A stretch of DNA of 64,000 bases from Octopus sinensis. Lineage: Eukaryota. Of the stretch, positions 37,779-50,453 are shown piece after piece (positions within the stretch are counted from its first letter, which is position 1; each line of letters starts with the position of its first letter). The translations under genes and the position numbers were made by a program. Where the stretch lies: assembly GCF_006345805.1 (NCBI RefSeq), contig NW_021832035.1, positions 62,001 through 126,000 of the forward strand, written 5' to 3'. The notes beneath the pieces are model-generated. The model searched no databases. It was given only the letters and a program-made list of their open reading frames with translations, and was not told where the DNA came from.

Positions 37779-38756
37779 ATTTATTCAATTTTAACTCCAT
37801 CGAAACCTTTCTCATCGGAGTCGATACCATAATTATCTTTCATTTCTAAATAGCTAATTATTTTCCCTTGCTCTAGCTATTAACGAGATTAAAGCAATCA
37901 AACGACATTCGATATTGAGTTGAGCAGAAGGAGAGAGAGAGAGAGAGGGTTCGCTCTCAGGTGAGAGAGAAGGACGGAAATTATTACATATTTTTAGAGT
38001 GAGAACTTAATAAAGGCAGAACAAAACATCCTCGTTGCTCCTAGTTGATGTTGAGTCTGGAAAAGAGGGAGAAGAAAATAAAAGAAAAAAATGAAAACGG
38101 AAACCCCTCTAGTGTTATCGAAGTGCCGAGATTATCAGTAAAACATTCATTGATTAGCTACACCTGTTCAACATTTTCTTCAAGCTTTCTCTTAAATGAT
38201 TTCATGGCAATCCTCCTTGCCTCACAACAGACGGCTGTCACCTAGCGACGATGTTAGTACAGCCTACACATACGTGTAGTTCTTCGCTTGGCGACGTTCA
38301 TTTTATATTAAGAACCGAAATTTTTTTGAAAAAACAAAAATACACACCTCGAAGCACGCCCACGCATATTTTGAGGTATCACGTGTAATATATATATATA
38401 TATATATAAACATATATAATATAATATATACGTACATACATACACACACATACGTACACATACGCTCTCGCACACCTAATAGCGCGCGTGTAATTTCCTA
38501 CGTTAAAGACATGTCGAAATCCTCGTGTGGGGCGCCCACACATTTTCTCTCAATTACTCCCACAAGCTTTCCGACACGTGATTTTATGTTAGTCTTTTTA
38601 CTATTATTATTTTTTTTACTTATTATTATTATTATCTAAATACATACATTTTAACTACTACATAAGTCACGACAAAATTTTCTATTTTTAAATCACGAGT
38701 GAAAATTTATCACACATACACTTTTTTTTGTTTGAAATATATCATTTTTTTTTTTT

Positions 38757-39538
38757 ACTATCTCGCCTTTATTTCCATTTTCTTCCCTTCTGTGCAAAAC
38801 AAAACCAAAAAAAAAAACAAGTATTTACCAATATTTCTTACTAACAGTAAGAAAAGCACCTGCAACTACCACTACCGTTTATTTCTACTACTGCTGGTTT
38901 TCTACGACTGCTAACCTCTTCAGTAACACTCTAACAAGTTGTGTAATAACCAACTACTAAACATACATTGTCTTTAGCTTGCTTGGCTGATAATAAATTA
39001 AGACTATTCTATTACAATATCCTTCAATTCACGCTAATAATAATAAAAATCCTGTCGAATGAAAGGATCCCACTCGGAAACCTTGAAATAATAAAAGATT
39101 CATTTTATATATTTTTATATATATATTTTCTCTTATTTTTTTTTTTTACTATCTCGCCTTTATTTCCATTTTCTTCCCTTCTGTGCAAAACAAAACCAAA
39201 AAAAAAAACAAGTATTTACCAATATTTCTTACTAACAGTAAGAAAAGCACCTGCAACTACCACTACCGTTTATTTCTACTACTGCTGGTTTTCTACGACT
39301 GCTAACCTCTTCAGTAACACTCTAACAAGTTGTGTAATAACCAACTACTAAACATACATTGTCTTTAGCTTGCTTGGCTGATAATGAATTAAGACTATTC
39401 TATTACAATATCCTTCAATTCACGCTAATAATTAAAAAAATCCTGTCGAATGAAAGGATCCCACTCGGAAACCTTGAAATAATAAAAGATTCATTTTATA
39501 TATTTTTATATATATATTTTCTCTTATTTTTTTTTTTT
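38757..39538. repeat. 391-bp tandem duplication
   Basis: 38757-39147 and 39148-39538 are almost identical. The junctions lie in poly-T runs. Confidence 0.95.
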
Positions 39539-39969
39539 AACTTCACTAACACGCACACAACGACGGCGACGGTTCTTATTGCAAAACACTACTTCTACTA
39601 CTACTACTACCGCAACCACTTCATCAACAGCAACTACTGCAGCCTTCTAACTCTAAAACCAAATTCACGTATCAGAAATCTACCAATCTCCTCCTCCTCC
39701 TCCCCTTCTTCCTCCTCCTCCTCATGCTTCTTCTTTTAGTACAACGCTAAGAAATATTACTTCTATGGTGATGCATCGTTTTCCTGTGCTCATAATAAAA
39801 TAAACTTTTTTTAACTACACTTTGGAGCCATAGCCTCTCTCTTGCGCGCACATCATCATCATCATCAGCTACATTATATAGCTCTATACTATACATGCAC
39901 ATACATGTATGTATATTATCTACTTATGCAGTTTCATGCTATATATATGTAATATATAATATGTATGTC

Positions 39970-40018
<49 letters not shown>

Positions 40019-40029
40019 ATATATATACA

Positions 40030-40475
40030 TACTACATTATGTAGAATTATACTATGTATATATATATATTCTACATTATGTAGAATTATACATGTATATA
40101 TATATATTCTACATTATGTAGAATTATACTATGTAATATATATATATTCTACATTATGTAGAATTATACTATGTCTATATATATATATTCTACATTATGT
40201 AGAATTATACTATGTATATATATATATATTCTACATTATGTAGAATTATACTATGTATATATATATATATTCTACATTATGTAGAATTATACTATGTATA
40301 TATATATACATACTACATTATGTAGAATTATACTATGTATATATATATATATTCTACATTATGTAGAATTATACTATGTATATATATATATATTCTACAT
40401 TATGTAGAATTATACTATATATATATGTATGTTTATGCATACGTATGTATATATAATCTACATTATGTAGCATAG
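40030..40475. repeat. Minisatellite of about 40 bp with palindromic core
   Basis: About 11 copies of (tt)ctacattatgtagaa-ttatactatg-(ta)n. Confidence 0.95.
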
Positions 40476-40601
40476 CTTGCTTACCAACCACAAGATTCCG
40501 ATTTCATTACCACTGCGAGGCACCTTGGGCACGTGCCTTCTACTATAGCCTCGGGCCGACCAAAGCTGGAAACTGAAAGAAGCCCGTTGTATATATGTAT
40601 G

Positions 40602-40634
<33 letters not shown>

Positions 40635-41067
40635 GTGTGTATATGTTTGTGTTTCTGTTTGTTCCCCCCCCCCCCAACATCGCTTGACAATCGATAGTGG
40701 TGTGTTTACGTCCCCGTAACTTAGCGGTTCAGCAAAAGAGACTGATAGAACAAGTACTAGGCTTCCAAAGAATAAGTCCTGGGGTTGATTTGCTCAACTA
40801 AAGGCAGTGCTCCAGCATGGCTGCAGTCAAATGACTGAAACAAGTAAAATAGTATATATAAAATTACATTTTGTAGCCTTATATATATATATATATATAT
40901 ATGTATATCATCATCATCATTTAACGTCTGCTTTCCCCGCTAGCATGGGTTGGACGGTTTGACTGAGGGCTGCACAAGGCTCCAGTCTTGATCTGGCAGA
41001 GTTTCTACAGCTGGATGCCCTTCCTAACGCCAACCACTCCGAGAGTGTAGTGGGTGCTTTTACGGGG

Positions 41068-41360
41068 CACGGCTTAGTGGTTAGTGTTGCACTCACCATT
41101 GTGAGGTCGTGGTTTCGATTCCCAGACAGGGCATTATATTGTTCTTGAGCAAAGCACTTCATTTCACGTTGCTCTGCAATCATTTCTACACCTGAAGTGT
41201 GGCACCCATTGCACCTGTACAGGTAATGTCGATCTGATGGAGGTGAGTGACCTTATGTCTACACAAACATTTGATCACTACAAATAAATCATCTGTGTGG
41301 TTGTTCAGTAACAAATTGTCTGAACCCTAATACCTCATCTAACGAAAGGAGAGTCCATCA
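41068..41360 (+). mobile_element. tRNA-derived SINE family G
   Basis: ggcttagtggttagtgttgcactc...ggtttcgattcccagac, then gttcttgagcaaagcacttcatttcac. Related copies at about 54520-54790, 62245-62490 and (variant body) 60862-61150. Confidence 0.75.
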
Positions 41361-42344
41361 TCCTATAGATATATATTTCTTTATTGCCCACATAGAGGGA
41401 ACAAACAAGGACAGATAAAGGGGCCATGTCAATTACATCGATCTCAGTGCGTAACTGCTACTTTATTTATCGACCCTGAAAGGATGAAAGGCAAAGTCTA
41501 CTTCAGTGGAATTTGAACTCGGAACATAATGACAGACGAAATACCGCTAAGCATTTTGCCCGGCACGCTAACGTGTCTGACTGCTCGCAGCCTTCTTCAT
41601 CCTATAGATATATATCATCATTATCTAACATCCATTTTACCATGCTGGTATAGGTTGAATGGTTTGTCAGGGTCCAAAGAATCCCAAGGCTGCATTGAGG
41701 CCCAGTGTGTAGCTTTTGGCATAGTTACTGTGGCTGGATATGCTTTCAAATGCAGTCTTCTTTCGTTTGTATACTGTGGGTTTTTTTCTTGTCACCTGCA
41801 CTAGTGAGGTTGTCAAGTAATTTGCAAGACAGAAAAAGATAAAGCCCTTTTGACTAAGAGAGTGGGGTGGAGGTAGTTGAGAGGAGGTGGTGTTAGGAGG
41901 CTAATTTATGAAAGCAGGGGGGAAATACCAGTGTGGAGAGGAGGGTAGGTTGGGAGAGATAAAAGTGACTCAGGAATGAAGCAGGTGGTGGTGGGGTGAG
42001 GTACATGGTGTAGGACTGGTGGGGAGGGAGGTGTGTAGATGTACATTGAAAGGAGAGGGGCTATCGTGAATGGGGCATGATGGCAGATATGAGAGAGCAT
42101 TGTTAAGATTAAGAATGGCAGAGGAGAGGAGGCGCAGAAAGAAGGTGATTAGTGGGAAGGGGAAGGAATAAGGAGAATGAAGGAGGAAAGTGGTTCTGAG
42201 AGGTGGAGGAGGAGGTAGTAAGCAGAGTGATGGATGATGGTAGGGGGAGTAATATGTACTATGGAGGGGTGGGTGTTGGAGGAGGGAGATGAGATGAAGA
42301 GAATGCTCAATAGTGCAGAGTGGGTGTAGGAAAAGTACCCTGCA

Positions 42345-43150
42345 CATGCAAACATGGACAAGATGTTTTTAGGACTGCATCATTTTTGCCAAGACGAATG
42401 GATCTTCTCAAGCACAGCGAATAATCAGTCATCTTGGTTCTGCCTCATCACTTCTGTGAGGCACAGCATCAGCATCTTGCGATTATCCTTCACTGAGTCG
42501 CCTTCTTCAACAAGTTCCATCTACTTTAAATGGTTGGCACTTCTTTATGGCAGCTGTCCTCATTCATATGTATTACATGTCCAAACCAATGCATTCCTCT
42601 CTCCCCTGCACACCACACCCGATTCCTCTTATGCTCAATTTTCTCCTCAGTACAATCGTACTTTGATGTACATGCACACTGACATTGCACATCCAACAGA
42701 GCATACTACAGGGTGTCCACAAAGTCTGGGTACCTGGGCATTAACAATACTTTAAGAAATTATTATTTCTTATATTTAATTCTTTATGTTATGATGATTT
42801 TATTTACCCCATGTACCCACATGGGGATTAACAATACCTTAAGAGATTATTATTTCTTATATATAATTATGTTATGATTTTATTTACTCCATATACCCAG
42901 ACTTTGTGGACACCCTGTAGATTCTCTCCTCTCTAGTCTTCACATGTCCTTTCCATTCAGGGCCCACTTCTCATTACTATGTAGCTTCATACAATCTACC
43001 TTTCACTCAGAGAGAGATCTTTTGTTGCCAATAGAAGTAATAGCTTTCCTATTTTTTTCTAGCAACTATATTTTCAAAACACCCTCTTCCACCACTAATT
43101 AGGTCTTCTGGGTATTAGAAACTATCTACTCCCTTTAGGGAACTTCTAGG
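42345..43150 (-). mobile_element. RTE-clade LINE ORF2 C-terminal remnant, 5'-truncated and decayed
   Basis: Minus-strand peptides KGVDSF*YPEDLISGGRGCFENIVAR and MLCWMCNVSVHVHQSTIVLRRKLSIRGIGCGVQGRGMHWFGHVIHMNEDSC match the RTE post-RT MLRW...WFGHV motifs. The 3' UTR and (CAT)n tail probably continue to about 41615. Confidence 0.85.
42709..42917. mobile_element. Tc1/mariner MITE inserted in the RTE remnant
   Basis: TA|cagggtgtccacaaagtctgggta ... tacccagactttgtggacaccctg|TA: a perfect 24-bp TIR with a TA duplication. Confidence 0.93.
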
Positions 43151-43397
43151 GCATTCTAGAAATGCCCTAAAAGCTTCTTCATCAGAGAAGGCAGCCTTAA
43201 CACTTCTGCTGTGGAGGGCAGGTCTTCTTTAGTGTGTGTTTGTGTGTGTGAAATGCACTGTGGTTGAATAGTTAAGTTTGCTTCACAATTATAGGGTCCA
43301 GGGTTTCATTCCACTGTTAGGCATTTTAGGCTAGTATCATTTGCAATATCCATACCTTCTAAGTGAAACTGGGTAGGCAGAAACTATATGGAAAGCA

Positions 43398-43870
43398 AGG
43401 CGGTGAGCTGGCAGAAACGTTAGCACACTGGGCGAAATGCTTAGCGGTATTTTGTCTTCCGCTACATTCTGAGTTCAAATTCCGCCAAGGTCGACTTTGC
43501 CTTTCATCCTTCCGAGGTCAATAAATTAAGTACCAGTTTCGTACTGGGGTCGATGTAATTGACTTAATTCCTTTTTCTGTCCTTGTTTGTCCCCTCTGTG
43601 TTTAGACCCTTGTGTGTAATAAAGAAATAAGAAACTGTATGGAAGGTGGCGAGCTGGCAGAAATGCTAGCACACAGGGCAAAATGCTTAGTGGTATTTCG
43701 TCTGCATTACGTTGTGAGTTCAAATTCCGCCGAGGTCGACTTTGCCTTTCATCCTTTCGGGGTCGATAAATTAAGTACCAGTTACGCACTGGGGTCGATG
43801 TAATCGACTTAATACCTATGTCTGTCCTTGTTTGTCCCCTCTATGTCTAGCCCCTTGTGGGCAATAAAGA
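43398..43870 (+). mobile_element. Two full SINE family B copies in tandem
   Basis: agaaact(a/g)(t/c)atggaa occurs before, between and after the two copies. Confidence 0.9.
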
Positions 43871-44458
43871 AATAAGAAACTGCATGGAAGCCTATCTAAC
43901 GCAATCAATCTGCAACTGGAAATAAACAGGCCTGTCACACACTGTGCCATTATGATTCTGCCAGAGAATTATATTAAGGTTATATGTTTCTGTGGAATGC
44001 TCAGTTAATTACATGTTACTTCAGGAGTGGTGATTCAGTTGGCTCTGCATTGCTGAAAGACAGAGCTTCTCCATTCCATGTGATCTTGCATTCAATCACT
44101 GTGTGATACATAGGGAAAGTGTCTTCTACAGCTCTTGATTTACCTAAAGCCTAGTTTGTGCATTTGATAGACAGAGCCTATTTATTTGTTCCTGATGCAG
44201 AAGACCTTCTTACCAAAAGCATTCCAGGCATGAACATCCTGATTTTTTTTTTGTTTTTGTTATGTAATTTCAGACAATATAATTTGGTTAATACACTCCC
44301 AAAGTGTCTTTCTTTTCAGATAGCAACATGTATTTTAAGGGATATTTAACAGGTTGAACAACCACCTTGAAGCTTTTTCTGTCAGTTTCCATAAGAGTTA
44401 ATATAATCTGTAATTGGTTCTATCAACTCAGCCCTTTCCTGAAAAATAGTGACCTTAC

Positions 44459-44513
44459 CTGTTGTCAAAAAGAAAAGAATATTTAATATCTTTTCCATCA
44501 TAACTATTTTCAT
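44459..44513 (-). CDS. Candidate signal-peptide exon MKIVMMEKILNILFFLTT-G (phase-1 donor)
   Basis: tcttttcaaag|aaaATG...ACAACAG|gtaagg: acceptor, AAAATG start context and a near-consensus donor. The exon is short, so it could be chance. Confidence 0.25.
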
Positions 44514-46347
44514 TTTCTTTGAAAAGATATGAGGTAATTTTGTTAAAAAAGAAATATTCAATAGAGGTTAACTTTGATTTCTTTTATGTAAATTCATAAT
44601 GGTATTTTAGCTCTTTCTCTTCCTACACAGTACAGAGAAAATAATGAAATAGTTTCTGAAACCTTTTAACCTAAGCTTACGCTTTAGCAGATGAGATTTA
44701 ATTTGATTATAACCATGGAAGATGCAAAAAACCAGTGGCCACATGGTTTTGTGTTTATGGCTTGCTAAATGGCAGAATCAATCATTACACTTTCATCTAA
44801 TGTTTTTACTTGATTTAGTCACTAAATTGTGGCCATGCTGGGGCACCACTTTAAGGAATTTTAGTCGAATGTATCAACCTCAGTACTTATTTTTTTTTAT
44901 TTCTAAGCCCAGTATTTATGCTAACCACTAAGTTATATGGACATAAACACATCAACACCGGTTATCAAGTGGTGGTGGGGGACAACAAAGCACAAATACA
45001 AACACACACACACACACACACCCATCCACACACATATCTATATATCAAATGGAAATTGTAGTTGTGATACCTGTGCCTGTGGCACGTAAAAAGCACCCAC
45101 TACACTCATAGAGTGGTTGGCGTTAGGAAGGGCATCCAGCTGTAGAAACACTGCCAGATCAGACTGGAGCCTGCAGCCTCCTGGCTTCCCAGACCCCCGT
45201 CGAACCGTCCAACCCATGTTAGCATGGAAAACGAATGTTAAATGATGATGATGATATACACACAATAAGCTTCTTTCAGTTGCTTTTGAACAAATCCACT
45301 CACAAGGCTTTGGTTGGCCCAAGGCTATAGTAGAAGACACTTGTCCAAGGTGCCACACAGTGGGACTGAACCATGAGGTTGTGAAGCAAAACTTCTTACC
45401 AATCAGCCACAACAAAATTAAAATTTTTTTTTGTTTTTGGTCAGTATGTGCTATTTCCTATTTGCTTTTGTCTAGAAATCAAAGGAAATTATTACTATTC
45501 CCTTCAAATTTTGCTTTTGTGACCTGAACATCAATGTTTTGAAACTAACCTGTTTTCCATTACATCTCAGACAGATTCAGCACTGAGTTGCTGAAGCAGA
45601 AATATCATTATAGCAAATATTCTGTTCAATACCACAGGTTTTCTTGTCAGTTGCTTGAACACTTAACCATTTGAGCATGTCCTTTAGTGGTTGACAATAT
45701 GTGCAACTCTGAGCAGGAGTAGTTGGGGAGCATCATAGCCATGTGTTGAGGGGGAATTTTGTGGGGTTTGAATAAATGTAATAAAAGCAAAGTTTGAATT
45801 AAATATTAACATTTTTTTCATAATTCCTAGGGGTAAGCAAATAGGATATGACAGTTGCTACCCAAGGACAAAAATCATGTTACAATCATGTTCCTGCCAA
45901 CTTTTGTATCTTGAAGGGTTATCATCCAATGAAATTATAACTGCTAAAACATATTTGTGTGTTCAAGGTGTTATAGTTCATTTTGATTAAAACTATATTG
46001 TGTTGTAAGGTTCTGTACTGCCATACTGATGGTTTGACACTACAATCTTAATTAGTTTTGTGATCATATTTCTAATTAAATACTGTGTGTTTCAATTAAT
46101 TCTGAAGAATTCAAGAGAATAATTCATATTGAGATGGTGTTTGGAACGTATCTTGGTCTTCTGCTTATTATAAGGGATGTCAGCTTCGTGGAACATTAGT
46201 GAAGTGTGTGTTAACAATATTTGATGTAGGACCCAAGAAATTTTCATTAATATTAATTATGGCTTCGGTGTCAGGAGCAGTTAGTATCTAAATGACTAAT
46301 CATAGTAATTTGAAATGGGGTGGGGGAGAATTGTCATAAATTATAAT

Positions 46348-47599
46348 TGAATATGGAATGCATTGAGAAGTAACACTGATCTTTAGATTACAGTGACATC
46401 TATGTTCATGTTAGAGTAAATTTCCGCAGTCGCCTTCTCAAAAAATAGTAGTGCTGCTACATACCAGTTGTTGATTAGTAACTATGGATTAAAAAAAAAA
46501 ACTTAATCTTTTATTTTTTACATGTTTCAATCTTTGGACTGTGGCCATACTGGGGCATCATCTTGAAGGGTCAAATCAACTGGGGCATCAACTTGAAGGG
46601 TCAAATCAACTCCACTATTGAGGTTTATTTTATCTATTTATTTTTTTTGTAAGTGAGATGCCATTTCTGTCAGTCTCTTTTGCCAAGCTGCTAAGTTATG
46701 AGGATGTACACAAGCCAATGCTGGTTGCCAAGCAGTGATGGTGGTGGAAAGACACAAAGATACACACAGACTTATGTAATACACTCACACACACACACAT
46801 GTGATGGACTTCTATACAGTTTCCATCTACCATATTCACCCACAAGGTGTTGGCCCACATCTATAGTAGGAGATGCTGGCCCAAGAACCTGTACAGTGAG
46901 ATTGAACTTGAAACCACATGACTGCAAAGAAAGCTTCTTAACCACACGACCATAACTGCATCTATATATAATCTTAAGTCACAGTTAAGAATGGATTTAA
47001 AAGAGCTAAAAGGAAAGAGTATTTATGTGTTTATACAGGAATTCATGTATGTTGACCATATATTTAACCCATTCATTACTGTATTTCTGTTGAGATGCTC
47101 TGTGTTTCTTTAAATTACTTTAAATATCACAAAGACTTTAGTAAAATAACTTAGTTATCATTCAGCTAGTGTTAGGAGCATAAATTGTGACTAAGGTTTG
47201 ATGGAAGATTTTAATTCAAAACTTATGAAAACAAGACATTTCTACTCAGAGCCAGAGCCGGGTTGGTAATGAAAGGGTTAAAGAGCTATTACAACACCTT
47301 ATAATACAGAACACAAAAATAGACAAAGAAAAGAAAATAAACCTCAGAACTAAAATGCTTCAACTAAAACCCTTCAAGATGATGCCCCAGCGTGGCCACA
47401 GTCCAATGATGGAAATAAGTAAAAGATGAAGGATTAACTTAACAGTTATTTTTTTTAATCCATAGTTACTAAACAACGACTGGTATGGAGCAACAGTACT
47501 ATCTTTTGAGAAGATAACAGCGGATATTCACTCTAATATGAACATAGATGTCACTGTAATCTAAAGATCAGTATTACTTCTCAATGCATTCCATTTTCA
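46348..47599. repeat. Diverged inverted repeat pair (arms of about 150 bp, about 950 bp apart)
   Basis: 46348-46500 is the reverse complement of 47449-47599, at roughly 85% identity by eye. Confidence 0.9.
47068..47277. mobile_element. piggyBac-like MITE, second family
   Basis: TTAA|cccattcattac ... gtaatgaaaggg|TTAA. A decayed relative lies at about 57680-57850. Confidence 0.8.
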
Positions 47600-47657
47600 C
47601 TTGCAACCTTTATGGAATTCTGCATAATGCTCAATTAGTTATGGAAGCTTTATTATA

Positions 47658-47843
47658 GGCATATGAGTGGCTGTGTGGTAAGTAGCTTGTTTACCAACCA
47701 CATAGTTCCGGGTTCAGTCCCACTGCGTGGCACCTTGGGCAAGTCTCTTCTACTATAGCCTCGGGCTGACCAAAGCCTTGTGAGTGGATTGGTAGACGGA
47801 AACTGAAAGAAGCCCGTCGTATATATGTATGTATGTATATATA

Positions 47844-47891
<48 letters not shown>

Positions 47892-48124
47892 AAATGGAAA
47901 GATGAATTATCTTGTTACGGATTATTCAAAAGTTTAACCGATACCTGGGTAGCAAAAATCACAGCAGAATAGTGCTGTGATTCCTGGTTTTTCCTGAAGA
48001 GAAAGCTGCAATATGGTATCCTTATTTAATCAGAATTTGGAAAATTGTGGCCTTTGAAACATGTGTAGAATGTAATAAAAGGAATTCTGTACAATCTTCG
48101 TTCAACTCCATTTCTTCCATTCAC

Positions 48125-48165
<41 letters not shown>

Positions 48166-48385
48166 ATATGTTTGTGTGTCTGCGTTTGTCCCCCCAACAT
48201 CGCTTGACAACCGTTGCTGGTGTGTTTACGTCCCCGTAGCCTAGCGGTTCAGCAAAAGAGGACCGATAGAATAAGTACTGGGCTTACAAAGAATAAGTCC
48301 TGGGGTCGATTTGCTCAACTAAAGGCAGTGCTCCAGCATGGCCACAGTCACATGACTGAAACAAGTAAAAACAAAAGTAAAAGTA
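47658..48385 (+). mobile_element. SINE family A interrupted by about 245 bp of unique sequence in its central (TA)n
   Basis: 5' half at 47658-47880, unique insert at about 47886-48130, 3' half at 48150-48385. Confidence 0.8.
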
Positions 48386-48415
48386 ATAACAAAATACAAA
48401 CTAAAATTCTGCACA

Positions 48416-48787
48416 TCTTTATATATAAAAGTGAGGTTGTGTGGTGTCTGTCTCCTACGATTTAGATTCCTAACTACTCCCACATTTTGCGGTGCAGTTT
48501 AACCAAAAGCGGGCATCTTATAGTCGTGATTCATATCGAGCCCTTCTGGGTATTAGCGCGCGTCTACGATGAGTCTACGATTTAAAAAAAAATTTACCAT
48601 CATTTTTTCCCATTTTTAATGCATTTTTGGCATATGTATTATTAAATCTCAGAACGTAAAAAGCTACAGTAACACCCTCCCCTTTGTGGTTAGCCATATA
48701 GAGATGGCTATTATACTTTACATCTCTAAAGATGTTTATATAGTTATTTCCCTTACAAACCCGAGCAACACCGGGCGATACTGCTAG
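48416..48787 (+). mobile_element. Non-autonomous Helitron with paralogous empty site
   Basis: ctgcacA|TCtttatatataaaag...cccgagcaacaccgggcgatactgCTAG|Taagaaat. The duplicated segment at about 49410-49425 reads ctgcacataagaaat with no insert and no TSD. Confidence 0.92.
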
Positions 48788-48971
48788 TAAGAAATAAATT
48801 CTGAAATTTACCAGGAATTAACTGTTAACCAATTATATATCTGGAAATGAAATTTTATCAGTTATAATAATTATTATTCCTATTTAGCCTTTGCTGCCTA
48901 CTGCAAAATGCACCAATGTACAGCTAATATCATTTCATTCACATGACCAGGTCGAGAACTTAACTTTTATA

Positions 48972-49385
48972 GGCGCAGGAGTGGCTGTGTGGTAAGTAGC
49001 TTGTTTACCAGCCACATGGTTCTGGGTTCAGTCCCACTGTGTGGCACCTTGGGCAAGTGTCTTTTACTATAGCCTCGGGCCGACCAAAGCCTTGTGAGTG
49101 GATTTGGTAGACGGAAACTGAAAGAAGCCCGTCGTATATATGTGTATATATATGCGTGTGTGTGTTTGTGTGTCTGTATTTGTCCCCCTAGCATTGCTTG
49201 ACAACCGATGCTGGTGTGTTTATGTTCCCGTTACTTAGCGGTTCGGCAAAAGAGACCGATGAAATAAGTACTGGGCTTACAAAAGAATAAGTCCCGGGGT
49301 CGATTTGCTCGATTAAAGGTGGTGCTCCAGCAAAGCCACAGTCACATGACTGAAACAAGTAAAAAGTAAAAAAAAAAGTAAAAGT
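48972..49385 (+). mobile_element. SINE family A, full length
   Basis: Runs from the ggcgcaggagtggctgtgtgg head to the aaacaagtaaaaagt tail. Confidence 0.9.
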
Positions 49386-50395
49386 AAAATAACAAAATAC
49401 AAACTAAAATTCTGCACATAAGAAATAAATTATGAAATTTACCAGGAATTAACTGTTAACTAATTATATATCTGGCAATTAAATTTTATCAGTTTTAATT
49501 ATCATTCCTATTTATCCTTTGCTGCCTACTGCAAAATGCACCACTGTACAGCTAATATCATTTCATTCACATGACCAGGTCGAGAAGGTCTTGAAGTATT
49601 TATAAACTTATGAATATTATTATTCCAAATTAAGCGCAAAGACTAAAAAAATATTAAGATTTTCAGAAAACACAATTATGTTTCCAATATAACATGTTTG
49701 AAAGAAAAACTGACACTGCTCGCTTTCTCTTTCACTAGCTCCCTCTCTCACTTTTTTTTCTATACATATATGTCTTTTATTTATAGGTGCAGGCATGGCT
49801 ATGTGGTAAGAAGTTTTGCTTCCAAACTACATGGTTCAGGGTTCAATCCCCTTGCATGGCACCTTGGTCAAGTGTCTTCTATTATAGCCTTGGGCCAACC
49901 AAAGCCTTGTGAGTGGATTTAGTAGACAGACACTTAAAGGATCCCATCAGATGCACGCGCGCGCGTGTGTGTGTGTTTGTCCCTCAGTACTGAGTTAGTA
50001 GATAGAAAATTAAAGATTCCCAACAGATGCATGTGTGTGTCTGTGTGTGTTTGTCCCTCAGCACTACTTGACGACCTGTGTAGGTATGTTTATGTCCCCA
50101 TAACTTAGCAGTTAGAGAACGATAGAATCAGTACCAGGCTTAAAATGTAAGTATTGAGGTTGATTCATTCAGCTAAAATTCTTTAAGGTGGTGCCCCAAC
50201 ATGGCCACAGTCTAATGACTAAAACAAGTCAAAGAATATATGTATATATAAATTTAATTGGAGGTTGTGTTACCCTCATGAAGGGATGGTTTCATCCAAG
50301 GAAATACTGGTTTAACACCGAGTATTTTGGGGTAAAGAATTTCCTTAAAATAATAGGTGTATATATAAAAACATATAGTTTATGAATATAAACTT

Positions 50396-50449
<54 letters not shown>

Positions 50450-50453
<4 letters not shown>

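Noticed and set aside
38242-38273. Minus-strand 32-nt stretch with yeast-like GTATGT...TACTAAC...TAG intron signals
   Set aside because: It is too short for a typical metazoan intron, splicing it gives an early stop from the upstream ATG, and the downstream donor is weak.
40030-40475. CRISPR-like look (palindromic repeat with intervening sequence)
   Set aside because: The spacers are only (TA)n of varying length, there are no cas genes, and the context is eukaryotic.
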